DNA from: Eutreptiella sp. 'Long Island Sound 2002'
Taxonomy: Eukaryota; Protista; Euglenida
Direction of reading: 5' to 3'
Length of the DNA stretch: 64,000 nt
Assembly: GCA_964036045.1 (NCBI GenBank)
Contig: OZ038379.1
Coordinates: 15,438,001-15,502,000, forward strand
Made by a program: the position numbers and the translations under genes. The stretch's first letter is position 1. Each line of letters starts with the position of its first letter. Positions 49,141 through 61,223 of the stretch are shown here, piece by piece. Below the pieces are notes generated by a model, which worked only from the letters and a program-made list of their open reading frames with translations, was not told where the DNA came from and ran no database searches.

Positions 49141-49210
49141 AGATATGTGCAGTTGGTTGCACACAAGACCCTAGAACAAAAGGTGCTTGGTTCAATTCCT
49201 GCACAGGACT
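49141..49210 (+). pseudogene. Degenerate tRNA / SINE head
   Basis: D-arm GTGC-AGTTGGTT-GCAC and B box GGTTCAATTCC at tRNA-like spacing. Anticodon and acceptor stems do not pair. Confidence 0.55.
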
Positions 49211-52200
49211 TTTTGTAAAAAGGTTTTTTTGACCAATTATGCACCCAATTGGAAGGATTTTGAGGCTTTCAGCACGTAGCATGCACACTGCACCAAAGCT
49301 TTCAGCACAAGCATCTAATCCAACCGTCGTTGCACGTCACCATTATAATGGGCCATGAAAGCCACATGACGGGCATTGTGACTGCTTGAATACCTCTGGT
49401 CTGTGTCAGTATATTTGCAAAACAAAAAGAACCGCTCCACAGAGCCAGTCCCCATCACCATGCAAACGAGGAAAAGGACACGCTCTTTAAAAGGTGATGC
49501 AGGGCGGGCTTCCCACCACTGGAGGAGCAGCAGGTGATATTTGTGTGACATAACGAGCCTTTTGGCCACCAAATCCTTTGCCACACTTCACTGGCCTTTT
49601 GCCCTTGCCAGAATCACTGTCCCCAGAAGTGGGTGACATTTTGGGAACACATAAACAGAGACGTGTCCTGCCACACAAATGACATGCAGGACAGATGAAA
49701 ACACACACACCGTTCAGTGTGCCTAGTGTCAGCCAGGGACGGATACAACGGACGGGGTGGGTCCGGCCCGGACCCCCCCCCCCCACCCCCCCCCCCTTGG
49801 TCACAAAAAAGGTCACAATATTTGGTCGCAAAAAACGTGACCCACAACCGGCCATTTTGGGCAGCCCTCTGCCTGTGCATGCGCATGGGAGGGGGGGGGG
49901 GGGTTGATGCAACATGGGATACACAGCACATTTGACACGCACAGTGTGCTGTGTATGGACCATTTTCAAATGTCATTCAGGGTCATTCAATGTCATTCAA
50001 TGTCATCACTCACAAACTGACAAAATTGTCTTGCTCGCTGCCGCAAGAAAATTCCTTGCACATGTGTTCCAACATGCAAGAGTGATGCTGCATGCGGAAG
50101 CGTAGCAAAGCAAAGCGCAAGCAACAGGCATTGGCTGACCAAGCTTTTGCATTCGCCGCGGCTGCTTGTTCTGCTGTGGGTGTGGCTGCTGTTTGTGGTG
50201 TTGCTGACACCGCTGCTGGAGGAGGCGCACTTCACAGAATGTGCGCAAGCCACGCAAGGATACGGGCAGGTGGAGGAAGGACAGCAACACACTGCCCGCA
50301 TCAGGTGAATATAATGATAATCTGGCGGACATATCAGATGGGGCAAGCTCCTTGTCCTCCTTTGCATCTATCACTACAGTTTCATCAAGTGGCAGTGGCA
50401 GCGATAGTGACAGTGATAATGAGACGTCAAGTACTCACACCCCTAGAGGTATGCCCCAGCCGACAACTGTGTGCTGACCTCTTTGGCCTCTCTGGTCGGG
50501 TCTCTCAGGCCCATGTGTCAACAGAGCAAAACCAATGTGTCGTGGGCACACAGGAGGCACATAGTGGGCATATGGAGGGCGCACAGTGCGTGCACAGTGG
50601 GCGCACAGTGGGTAGAAATATTTTTTCGTGTCACATGTTGGTGGTGATGCGCCCAGTATGCACCCTCCACACACCCACTAGGTGCACAGGCTTGGTCATC
50701 CTATTCCTATTTTCTAACTGGCTTCTGCCCCAACGCATGCCAGCCTGAAAAAAGCCTAGTCCGCAAAAGCAGGGGCCCATCCTGTTCTGTTTGGGGGGGG
50801 GGGGGGGGGCTGAGATACCTGGTGCTAGGACCCTGGACTGGTTAGAATAAAACAAAGACAATTGTGAAATCCAGGGCCCACTGTCTCAGAGGCGTAGTGG
50901 GGGCTCAGATGTCGGTGGAACATTCGATTGTCAGGGATGCCACAAGAAGGATCCCCAACCCTCTGCCACACTCATTTGTACAAGATGAACAACTCTATAC
51001 ACGGGAACTGGGGGGAAATGGCAGTGTCCAAATGAAAACCAGGCGAGCTTCTCGAGTCCAAGGGGTCTGAACAAGGTAGTACCACCACTATTCACTCGTT
51101 TCCGACGGGCGCATTTTTGTGGCACAAAACTCGATGTTTGGAGACAAAATACCCAATGCCATGCGATGGGGAATAGCTGGGCTTCATCACAGAAGAATGC
51201 CAACCAACTGAGCTACGTGGCCCCCATGATGCAACGCCCGTATGCTGCTTCCCATGGCACAAGATGACTGCCCCCACAGTTGCACCATGGCTCACCCGTC
51301 GGACCAAGAGCTTGTGTCCTGTCCCAGCGAAGGCGGTGAGCGTTGATTGCTGTGAGGGTTGTGTGTGGGCATCGCAACATTCGTTGGGCATTGGAGCCCA
51401 TCCTTCAGATTTTGCACTGCTGGTTGGTGTTTCCGGGTGTACGCACTGGTTGAAGCATTCGCGAGGAAATTGTCCACAGCGCTTGTTCACAATTGTCCAC
51501 AAAAAAATGGGGAAGCGGAGGGGGGGGGTTGTCCTCAACGCAACTGAACGTAGGGGATACGTGGCTGAGCACGGCGCTAGCACCTGTGCATATCGCCGCC
51601 GATCTGTGTGCACTCACTGGTGGCCTCTGCCCAGGCACCCCCCCCGCCGCTTTCTTGATGGCAGAAAGGTACCCCGGGGGGTACCTGTGGTCGTTTATTG
51701 GCCACTGACGAGCAAGTGTCTGATGTGCTGCTTGCGTGCATCCTCGCACTGCTGTAACACAGCATCGCACCAGGCTATTGCTCAAGGACCCCGGGGGGCC
51801 AGGGGGGGGGGGTGTTGTTTGGGGCCCTGGCCAGCCCCAGCCGACCCACCCACCCACCCACTCACATCAGAAAAATTTTCATCAGGCAAAGAAAGAACTT
51901 CATCAAAGGGCCGGAAATTTGAGGACACAGAGTACAACAGACAAAAACAGCAGACAAACATAGGTACAAAGCAGGCTAGTACGGTCACCAACTGCGCCAA
52001 AGGCGCAGAAGAAAAAATCGGCCCGAACATTTTAAATAGGGGGGGGGGGGGCAATGAGCACCGCCCTGCCAAGAAACAGGCACAGGCCTCATTGATGCAG
52101 CTCTGGAAGAAATAACTGGTTCACGCTGATTGGCAGCTCAATGATTTAGTGGCATTTGATGTGATTTGCTCAAAAGGGGGGGTTATACGTATAGGTCTCC

Positions 52201-52354
52201 GAGTGGCAGTTATTGGTGGGGGAATCAGGATTGGGCAGGAAGGGGCACCCAGAATGACGACACTCTACAGTGCTCTAGCACATGACTGGGGTTACAAGGG
52301 CTCACGGCCTACGTGTGTGGCAGGACCGTCCTTCGTTTTCCGTTTCGCCGCCTT

Positions 52355-52729
52355 TCACTCGATGTCATGGACGTTATCCTCCCGCTGCGTGACAAACGGG
52401 TGTTCCTGCAAGACGGTCACCGGCGGCCGCAAGGCCCGGGCCTTGGGGAGACAGAGTTGCAGGAACTGGATGCAAAGCTCGTCCTTGATGGTGTCCGGCA
52501 GCGGGGGGTTCAGTCCCTTGGTGTCCATAAGAGTGGACACCAGCTGCGTCTGCAGGACACAGCACCAGCTGAAGGGCCGCCGTGCCGTCAGCATCTCCAT
52601 CACCGTGCAACCCACGGACCAGACGTCGGCCTCCCAGCTGTGCCCATCGCCGGTGAGCACCTCAGGGGCCATCCAGAAAAAGGTGCCGATGCGCGTGCGC
52701 TGGGAAATGTCCGACAAATGTACTGAGGC
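52355..52729 (-). CDS. MAP3K/STE11-like Ser/Thr kinase, exon 3 (subdomains VIII-XI)
   Basis: cttag|GCC gives DFG|ASVHL. Contains IGTFFWMAPE and DVWSVGCTVMEM. TGA at 52357-52355. Confidence 0.92.
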   Translation of the reverse strand, partial: ASVHLSDISQRTRIGTFFWMAPEVLTGDGHSWEADVWSVGCTVMEMLTARRPFSWCCVLQTQLVSTLMDTKGLNPPLPDTIKDELCIQFLQLCLPKARALRPPVTVLQEHPFVTQREDNVHDIE

Positions 52730-53770
52730 CTAAGCATGGGGGCACAGGCGTGAGTGCAGCTTGAGAAAGGGCACGCCAGTTGGCAAAGGCAGGGGGGTGG
52801 TAGCAGCCGCGCGATGTGGTATGTTTCACCCGGTGCTGCCGCAAGACTCATGGATTATGTGGTGGGTGCAGTTGGGAACAAGGGGGAAACTTGAAAGCAA
52901 ATGGTGAAGTGGGAGCTTTTGGACACAATAAACAGGTTGGGTACAGGAGGGGGGGGGGGGTTACCTAATTCACGGAGGTGAGTAATTCAGGTGCAGGTTG
53001 GTAGATTAGACTAGACCTTGTTTCACACAACCACTACGAAGAGCTATTGGGTTGCAACCAATCAAAGGCGCATAACTTCAAAATGGAGCCGGAATGCGAG
53101 TGAGAAAACAAACCGCACTGTCAGAGCAAGAACCTACTGCATTTATGCTTTTCGGAGCGCTGTCTGCATACAGCACGGCATCAAGAACGTGTTGTAGGTG
53201 CCCAAGCCGCTCAACGTCCTTGAAGAGGTAAAGATACCATTGGGCACAGTCGGGCGGGGGGTTTGGCACAAGGCCTCGGTCACAAGGCCTCGGTATTAGG
53301 TTGTTTGCCTTTGGCGGTGCCTATTGGCCTCTCGCCACTGCTCATTCTGACCCTCTGTGGGCCCGAGCATGTTTTGGTTGTGTCAACGGAGCCCCTGGCT
53401 GACTTTTGACTACTCCAGGGTCGGCTGTCCCGGAGACGGGCTGTTGCCCGTGCCGTTGACCAGGTGCATCCAGATGCACACTCCGAGTCCATGCTGGGTT
53501 TGCTGACTCCAGCACTGACTTGTGTGCGCTGGGGTGTGCATCTGCAGGATAATTTTCCTGACAGGGGCTTCTAACAACCACAATGATCCAATCCAGACCT
53601 TACAGGTGTTAGGACCTCCCTCTGTGGCGTGAGTGAGACGCAGTGGGATCCATTTGACATGATGGTCAAGCCACCCGACATGAGGGTGCAATCCATCAAA
53701 AGGGGGAGGGTGCTTGTGGGATGTAGTGTTCCTGGCATGTACGGTGTGGACATGTGGAGGAGAGCGACAC

Positions 53771-54059
53771 CCCGAAATCAGCCAGCTTGGCGTTGTCCTG
53801 GCTCCCCAGCAGCACGTTGTCCCCTTTGATGTCCCGGTGGATGACGCCGGCGTTGTGCAAAAACGCCAGCCCCTGCAGAATGTCGTCAAGGTAGCGCCTG
53901 CACGTGCCCATGGGGATGGGACCAGAGGCGGTGTACTTGGCCTTGATGGAGCCCCCCGGGCAGTACTCCATGAACAGGTGCACAGAGGACTTGGTCCGCG
54001 TAGACTTGTAGTACTTGACCAGGTTGGGGTGGTTGGCCATGCGCAGCACACGCATCTCC
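53771..54059 (-). CDS. MAP3K/STE11-like kinase, exon 2 (subdomains III-VII)
   Basis: tttgcag|G GAG ATG. Contains HPNLVKYY, FMEYCPGGS, HRDIKGDN and LADFG|GT donor. 289 nt. Confidence 0.94.
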
Positions 54060-54766
54060 CTGCAAATAGTTGGTGGACCTTGGCACGCTTTGGTTGTGGC
54101 GCTCGGAGACCTTCAACGGTCCAACCCCTCGCGAAACGGTGTCAGATCTCCACGAATCACGGGAACAAGATGTGCGCGCGCGGTGCAACGTGGCAACGTT
54201 TCGAGCGGTATCTCTCGCAAGAGTCATCAGTTGTTGAGGCTGTGGTTGCTCAGAGGAATGCCGTTGCTATGCAACTCGAGTTATGCCCAAGTGTCAAGTG
54301 GCATCACGTTCTGCTCATGAACATTGTTCAATCATTTTGAGCCCGATATACTGACTGACTGAAAGCGTGCTACTGTGCGCTGCACTATCCATCCGGTGCT
54401 ATGGGGCGGGAGCCGTGCGTACGGAGAGGATTGCGTTATGGAGGACGGTGGAGAAACTGGGGCGTCCGTTCCACCCTCCCATTGCTCCTCTTCTCTGCGT
54501 TCTCATTCTCTACCAGTAGAGTTGCGGGGCAAACCCACCTAAATCGGAGACTTAAGACAAGGGTTGCGTGATAGGGCGGAGCGATGCAGCGACCAATGAT
54601 AGTCCAGGTGCGCGCGCCCCACTTGGAGACGGGATCTATCCACGATTCGGTCCAAAAAACTTCTACTCCCTTTAACACCAAACCGGTTAGGTATCATCAC
54701 TCTCCAATGTGGCCACGGAGGTCCCGTGGTTGCTCACGTTAGGGCAAGGGGTTCACCAAAAAGTAC

Positions 54767-55146
54767 CTCTTCAAAAGTTGCAACGTGGCCTGAACGTTGG
54801 GGTCATTAGGGGCGAATTCCATGGTCTTCACAGCTGATTGTTCCCCAAGGTGGTTTTGCACCAAAGTCACGGTTCCAAAGCCACCTATGCCAAGAACTTT
54901 GACAGGTTTCCAACGGTTGGAACTCCAAGAGTCTTCTTTGTCATTCACAGTTCCTATCATCTTCTCATCCCGAATTGCGTCTTTATCTTTGTGGTCTCGT
55001 GTCCCACGGGAGGACGTGGGGCGCGAACCAAGGTCCGCGATGAGAGTGAGGTCGTTTGGATTCTTGCTAGGTGCAAATCGCTTCTTGAAGATCGTATTCC
55101 CTTGCGATTGGACCGTATCGTCTGATGATGATGTACAAGAACCCAT
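54767..55146 (-). CDS. MAP3K/STE11-like kinase, exon 1 (MGSC N-terminus, subdomains I-II)
   Basis: MGSCTSS..., LGIGGFGTV, SAVK. Donor AG|GTACTT (phase 2) joins to give LKREMRVL. Confidence 0.92.
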
Positions 55147-55199
55147 TGTGCAACAAATTGCACTGGTGAGCATGGGGAGAGTGGCATGAGATGGGCCGG

Positions 55200-57400
55200 G
55201 GTGTAGTAGGTAGTCCGCGGATCACTAATTGGGGGTCCATAACCCCCCCCCCCTTTCCCCCCTTAGAATGATCCATGAATCACGGATCACCTACCCCATA
55301 ACACCCCCGCCTCCCCGCTGCCTAGCAAAATAAACCATCCATCCGGACACGTGGACAGCCTTGGGGCCTAACGATCCCAGGGTCCCAAAGTGCACATAAA
55401 AGGCACGTGGAAGAAACAAAAGATTTTACCATTTTACCAATTTACCAATCACATCCCAATTTGTTCAGAGCGTACGTAGTAACCTAGTGTAACATGCTGG
55501 TGAAGAACAGCAGATGTGCACTACACGAACACAAAGAAAACTGCTCACAAGTACTGAGCAAAGGAATGATCCACCAATTCATCTTCAAAAAAAAAGAGCC
55601 AACACCTAGTGTAACATGCAAGTACAAAGCAAGAAACTCATCCGCCCATTCATATTAAAAAAATGATCCAAAAATGTTACTCCCCCCATAAAAAAGAAAA
55701 AAGAAAGGCGCACAAGAGCACACAAAATTGGTCAAAAAATCCGTCTTCCAAAAAAAATGTACAAAGAAAATGGTTCAAAGTTTCGGCAAGGCACACAAAA
55801 TTGATCCACAAGTCCACAAGAGCATTGGCATATACTGGAAGTACAGTGGGCAAAATGGTCCAAGAATGATCCATGCATCACTTTTGGATCACCACCCTCG
55901 AAACCCGCCCCCCGTCCCCACTGCCGAGTGTTTGGATCAAACATGATCCAGATCACCTACCCCATAACCCATCCCCCCCCCCCCCCCACTGCCTGCCGCA
56001 CACAAAGTCTTCCTTTACGAAATCCTACGGAAGTATTGTGATACGGCATCAAGGTCGGCACTCAATCATGGACATGGCCGTTCACAATTGTTTAGGAGGT
56101 TTGTTGAGCACCACACGAGATTCTTTACCGTCGGCCATCTTTGGCCCGTACATTGGCGCCAAACGACAACCCCAAAACCCTTGCAACTTTCGTTGCGCCG
56201 TACTGCGGACAGTAGCGATCGCCAACAAGTTGGGCACCCGAGGCAAGCGTGCACCGTCCAAGACGAGATGGCAAGCTACTTCTTGCCACGTAGTTGCACC
56301 AAAGATGAAACGCCGCAACCAATGCTATCCTTCAACATGGAAATTATCAAACCACCACTTCTGCTCCATGTCACTTTGAGGGTTAGACTCCTACGCGCAA
56401 GCAATTTTTCTTGTTGTTTTCAAGGCAAGCACAAAAAAAAAGCGTATCGGCAACAACGCACATTTCAACCCATGTACCATGTGATGTACTCATTGTCCAT
56501 GTACCTATTGAGATTCAATGCCATCGGACTGAGTTGCACATCCCTCATTCACATGCATTGTGCACGTAGCCCAGCAAGAAGAACCTTTGGTTTTTAACCC
56601 TCCTATATTGTGCAGTAGGTAGTCTGCGGATCACTGATCCGCGGGGGTCCAAACCCCCCCCCCCCCCAAATGATCCGCAGATCACGGATCACCTACCCCA
56701 TAACCCCCCCCCCCCCCACTGCCTAGCAAAATGATCCAAGATTTCCCGGACCATCCATGCGGACACGTGATCCACCAATTCGTCATCAAGAAAAATGATC
56801 CAACGGGTAGTAACAGTAACACATAGTGCAAGTACAAAGCACCATATTGATCCACCAATTTGTGAAAAAAAAATGATCCAAAAATGTAAGTTCCAAAAAA
56901 GAAATGACACAAATTGGTGGATCATTTCTTTTTTGGAACTTGCATTTTTGGATCATATTTTTTCCACACAAATTGGTGGATCATTTCTTTTTTGGAACTT
57001 ACATTTTTGGATCATTTTTGTTTCGCTAAGTTCCAAAAAAGAAATGATCCACCGATTCATGTTCACAAAAATGATCCAAAAACGTAACTTCCAAACATAA
57101 GTGTGACATAGTGCAAGTACAAAGCAACATATTGAACCAACAATGTGTGTTATAAATGATCCAAAAATGTAAATTCACTTGTTCCAACAATTTGGCTTCC
57201 AAAAAATGATGCACACGTCCACAAGACCATTGGCACAGAGTTGAAAGTACAGTGAGCAAAATGGTCGAAAATGGTCCAAGAATGATCCAAAAGTGATCCA
57301 CGGATCACCTACCCCATAACCCCCCCCCCCCTCCACTGCCTGGCGTTTGGATCAAAAATGATCCGGATCACCTACCCCATAACCGCCCCCCCCCCTCTGC
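55200..57400. repeat. Two diverged copies (~55200-56000 and ~56610-57400) of an ~800-bp A-rich element with atgatcc subrepeats
   Basis: gtaggtagtc(c/t)gcggatcact at 55206 and 56615. ggatcacctaccccataacc or a variant recurs about five times. Confidence 0.8.
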
Positions 57401-59249
57401 CTGAGGCACATTTCATGTCGTACATAGGTGGAATCCCAAACACACTTACAAGAGCGCGATGAGCACCAATAAACCTTAAATTGACAACTGATCACCTCCA
57501 AGCTTCTATTCTCCCTTTCACATCATCTGCCGATTTTGCTTGTTGCCTGTTTTTGACTCCTGCTTGTGTGGCTGCTTTGTTTTGACGGAAGAGTTGGTGC
57601 TTGCTGCTCAACTAGTTGTGTGGACTTTGCCATAGGAGAAACACTTCATAGTCGTTGACCAGTTATTAAGTCTTTGAATGCTCGCTTTTGCATGCTTGAT
57701 AGTTGTAACTGTGTCGATGGTAAAAAAGTGGGCAACAACAGCAAGCTCCCCATGGATACATAAACCGGACTCAGGTCTAAGTTCCCGGGTCTCCATAACC
57801 CGGACTTAGATTTTGATTCTATACCGGGTTTGCATTTCGAATGTCGTATGGCAATCGTGCTTGCACCCAACATTTGGCATTGGAGCAGATCCTTGGGACA
57901 CACGGGACTCCACATTTGTAGAGTCTGCCGAGACGTCTAGGGACTTAAGATGTTGCTGAGTCTATACCGTGTCATGAGCAAGGCACGCAGATATTTCACT
58001 AACCTTGAGATCCAATCATGTCTGTCACACATGTCTCTTTCGTGGCTCCTCCTTCAGCTTTTCCCTTCACCTAGCCGAGTGGCTGGGGATGCGTATGTTT
58101 CCATTTTATTTGACACATTCTCTTTCACTTAGTCACTAAACCCAGAACTTGAGCCCGAGTCAGGGCCCGGGACCCAGCGAAGCCGATTTCCAGGTTATAT
58201 AAACCACACTCGGGTCAGATTTCCCGGTTAGAAAGCCCGGACTGAAAGGTGGGATCAATAATACACCTCCCATCCTTGCATCACTCGAGAACCTACATCG
58301 GAAGGATTTGGGGGCCATTGCCACATTTCTCATGTTCTCACAAGGACATGAAGGGTGAAAAGGTTTGATGGTGTTCAAAACGTGGTAATGGCAACTTGCT
58401 TCCCATCCCAATATTCCCATCAAGTACCCAAGGCACCCCATCTTGGTTCATAAGAGGCAGGGTCATGCCAACTTTTTTATGTCTTGTTTGTTTTTGTCAT
58501 GGCTTTCGTTGCACGATGTTTCCTTTGTTCGCCCAATTGCGCTTGGTGGCGTTGTTTTTTGAGCCACGCGTAGTTCAATGCCTAGCCCATCCTGCATCAT
58601 CATTCCGGACAATCCAACCACTCCTTGGATTTGGTTCAGGGAACCTATCGCAAAACAAAACACGAGCACGCAAGGCTTGACCAAAGGCTTGTGCGGCAAT
58701 CCCTTGCGTCCACTCCAACGGCACCCGTAGGCTTAACGCCTCCCATAGTTTGCAAAGCCCCTCCCCTACTGATTTGCGCTTAAGGTGACTTGCGTGGTCA
58801 ACGTGTAGATGATGCTACCTGAAATGATTCAATTGGACGGGGCCCACGCCACACAAATTTTCTAATGAAAATTGCATATTTTTCATCGCTAGATCGCTAG
58901 GACTATTTAACTCATTTTGTTGTTTTACAGCCAAGTAACGCACAATCGGTTCATGCACTTTTGACCGCATATTGTCGGTGTCCGCTTTCGAGCCTAGTTA
59001 GCAACACCCCAACGAAGGCCGTTCCTTCACCTAGTTGGTCTGCTGCTCACCGCTCCAAATGTTGATACCCGAAATGCTCTACCAAGCCCATTGCCTTCCC
59101 CAAGTCATGTTACCTCGTTCTGTTTGTCTGCTCAGGATTTGGAGGTGTTCAACCCACCCACTTTCATAATCTTGATGACGCAGTGTGAATAGTCTTAATA
59201 TGCTTGTCTTTGGCGATTTCAACCAACTCAACCAGCGTGCACACGCGGA

Positions 59250-61223
59250 TTCCAGCAAAGCTGGATCCTACAACTATAAGCCTCTGCGGCCTTCATACTA
59301 TTCAACCCCTTTGCGTTTCCTCTTGCCAGTGGGGGGTCAGTACGTCAGTAAGTTTCGCTAAATCTCGTTTTGAATACATGCTAGCGATATCTGAATGCCT
59401 TTCCACCCCAAATGCAAGAAACACTTTGTCCAAAACCATCATGCAGACCCGTACGAATGCAAGACATTTCTCAAACTGAACTGTTGAGCAATCCAATCTA
59501 TGGGGAGTTGCTCAAGCAACAGTCCCATACCATTCGGGACACTCGTGAACATATCAATCGCATGTTGGCCGACTTAGAGGTGTGTGCCTCAACCCTCTTC
59601 GGTTTGCCTTAACCCTCTTCAAAATTTGTCATTGGCGTGTGAAAGCCGAAGCTGACATTCCCACATCCTTTACATCCGTTGGCGACTGTGCAGGAGAAGA
59701 AGGAGCTTTGCACTGCAAAACGCATAACTCTGAACACTTTCAAAAAGGATATCACTGAGAGTTTTACCGACTGTCGCGGGCATGTCAAGAAGTCTGTGGC
59801 TGCTATGATCAACTACTTGAAGCAGCAGCAAGACGAAATGTTGCGGGAGCTGGATGAAACAGCACAGTACAACATGGATCTGCTGACACAACAGGCGTCG
59901 AGTGTTGAAAGAGCCATGATTCGAATCGAACAACAACTGGAGGAAGGTACGATGTTTCGTTGGTGAGGGAAGAAGCCAAAATATGTCTACCCGTCCGCAA
60001 CATACGGTTCTGCCCTCATCTGCCTTACTTTTTGACGCATTTTCTCAGGGCGCTCCCTGCTGCGCGAGCAAGACACCTTCATATTTTTCTCGAAGGGGAA
60101 CTTGTACAAACAGTTGCCGCCTATCCAGGTTCCCCCGTTGAACTGTGAATTTAAAGACAACTTTCCAGATCTTACTAGTCTTTCGATTCAACCCTACCAG
60201 GTGTGCGCTGCATGCAGACCAGCTGCATGGTCGGGAGGGACAGCTAATCACACCCATTCAATGCCACTCAGGTTCCACTGCAGCATGCGGTCCAAGTGGA
60301 CATGAAAGAGTTCCTTCAGTCCGGTGTTCATACTCGTATCTGTGGGAACATTTTCCACAACGGCTTCAGATTTCAGGTGCTTGCTCGAAATGTTTCGACA
60401 AACGGCTTTTGCGCTTCAAACTGTCGAGGGAGTGTCCACAGCAAGTTGGCAGGTAGCATGCAGGCTGCGAGTCCCAGAACATGGAAAGGAACATTAAAAA
60501 GTGAAAAATACAGTTTCCCCCTTCTTTGCCCAGATTCAGCTGAAGCACGATGAGCGTTATTTATCTGCTTACCTCTGTCTGAGAGCATGGCATGACGTGG
60601 CGGCGTTCCTGAGAGTCACCGTCAACTTCACTCTAACCCTGCAGGATGGCCCCGAGCTGTTGCATTCGGCCACTGCCAAGGTGTGTATCGCTGGGCGCCT
60701 GTTGCCCCTCAGCTTTGCTCCAAAGCCCCCCGCACACTCCCTTAGCAAAGCCCCACGGTCATCTCTTCACTCGAAAGCCCCTCGCGCACTCCCTTCGCAA
60801 AGTCTCACGGTCGTCATCTCTTCAGAACACCTTCGAAGGGCCGAACGATGGATGGGGTTGGAATAAATTCCTTTCACTCTCCAAGTTGCAAGATTGCACG
60901 GAGGTTTTGTTCCTGGTAAATTTCAACGAGTTGACGTACAGCTTTGTGCAGGTGTGCTGAAATGAGAAAGGACTTCGTGAGTTAAAACTGTTTGCCTTTT
61001 TCGTTCGTTGGGATTGATCACATCCCCGTGTTTGCAGGAAGACGCACCAAAGAATCAGTCTGCGGACATGGACACCAGCGGCGAGCAGGCCACCAGCGCA
61101 GGTATTCCCAGCTGAGACGTGATGTTTTGGTTCGGTGCCCGGTTTTGCTTGCCTAACCTGACCGCAGGCCTATCCTCTTCATGTTCTGCAGTTGCTCAGT
61201 TGAGCATTCAACAGCAGTCGTGA
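59250..61223 (+). CDS. RING-like / coiled-coil / MATH (TRAF-C) protein. Exons: <=59250-59347, 59385-59579, 59694-59946, 60049-60200, 60272-60376, 60534-60680, 60826-60951, 61038-61101, 61192-61223. 5' end unresolved.
   Basis: Eight GT-AG introns with compatible phases. LDPTTISLCGLH...LCPKPSCR...LLSNPIY is RING-like. Heptad-rich exon 3. MATH motifs GNIFHNGFRFQ, YLSAYL, VTVNFTL and GWGWNKFL. TGA at 61221-61223. Confidence 0.85.

Noticed and set aside
54130-54330. Box C/D snoRNAs in kinase intron 1 (TGATG...CTGA pairs on the minus strand)
   Set aside because: The boxes are short and imperfect, with no terminal stem and no identifiable rRNA guide. It would need a snoscan search against the host rRNA.
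59302-59496. Minus-strand 64-aa ORF
   Set aside because: It is antisense to the phase-consistent plus-strand RING-like exons.
5239-61223. Euglenid-type non-conventional introns, spliced-leader RNA or rRNA genes
   Set aside because: All 13 reconstructed introns fit GT-AG. No SL, 5S or rRNA sequence was recognised.
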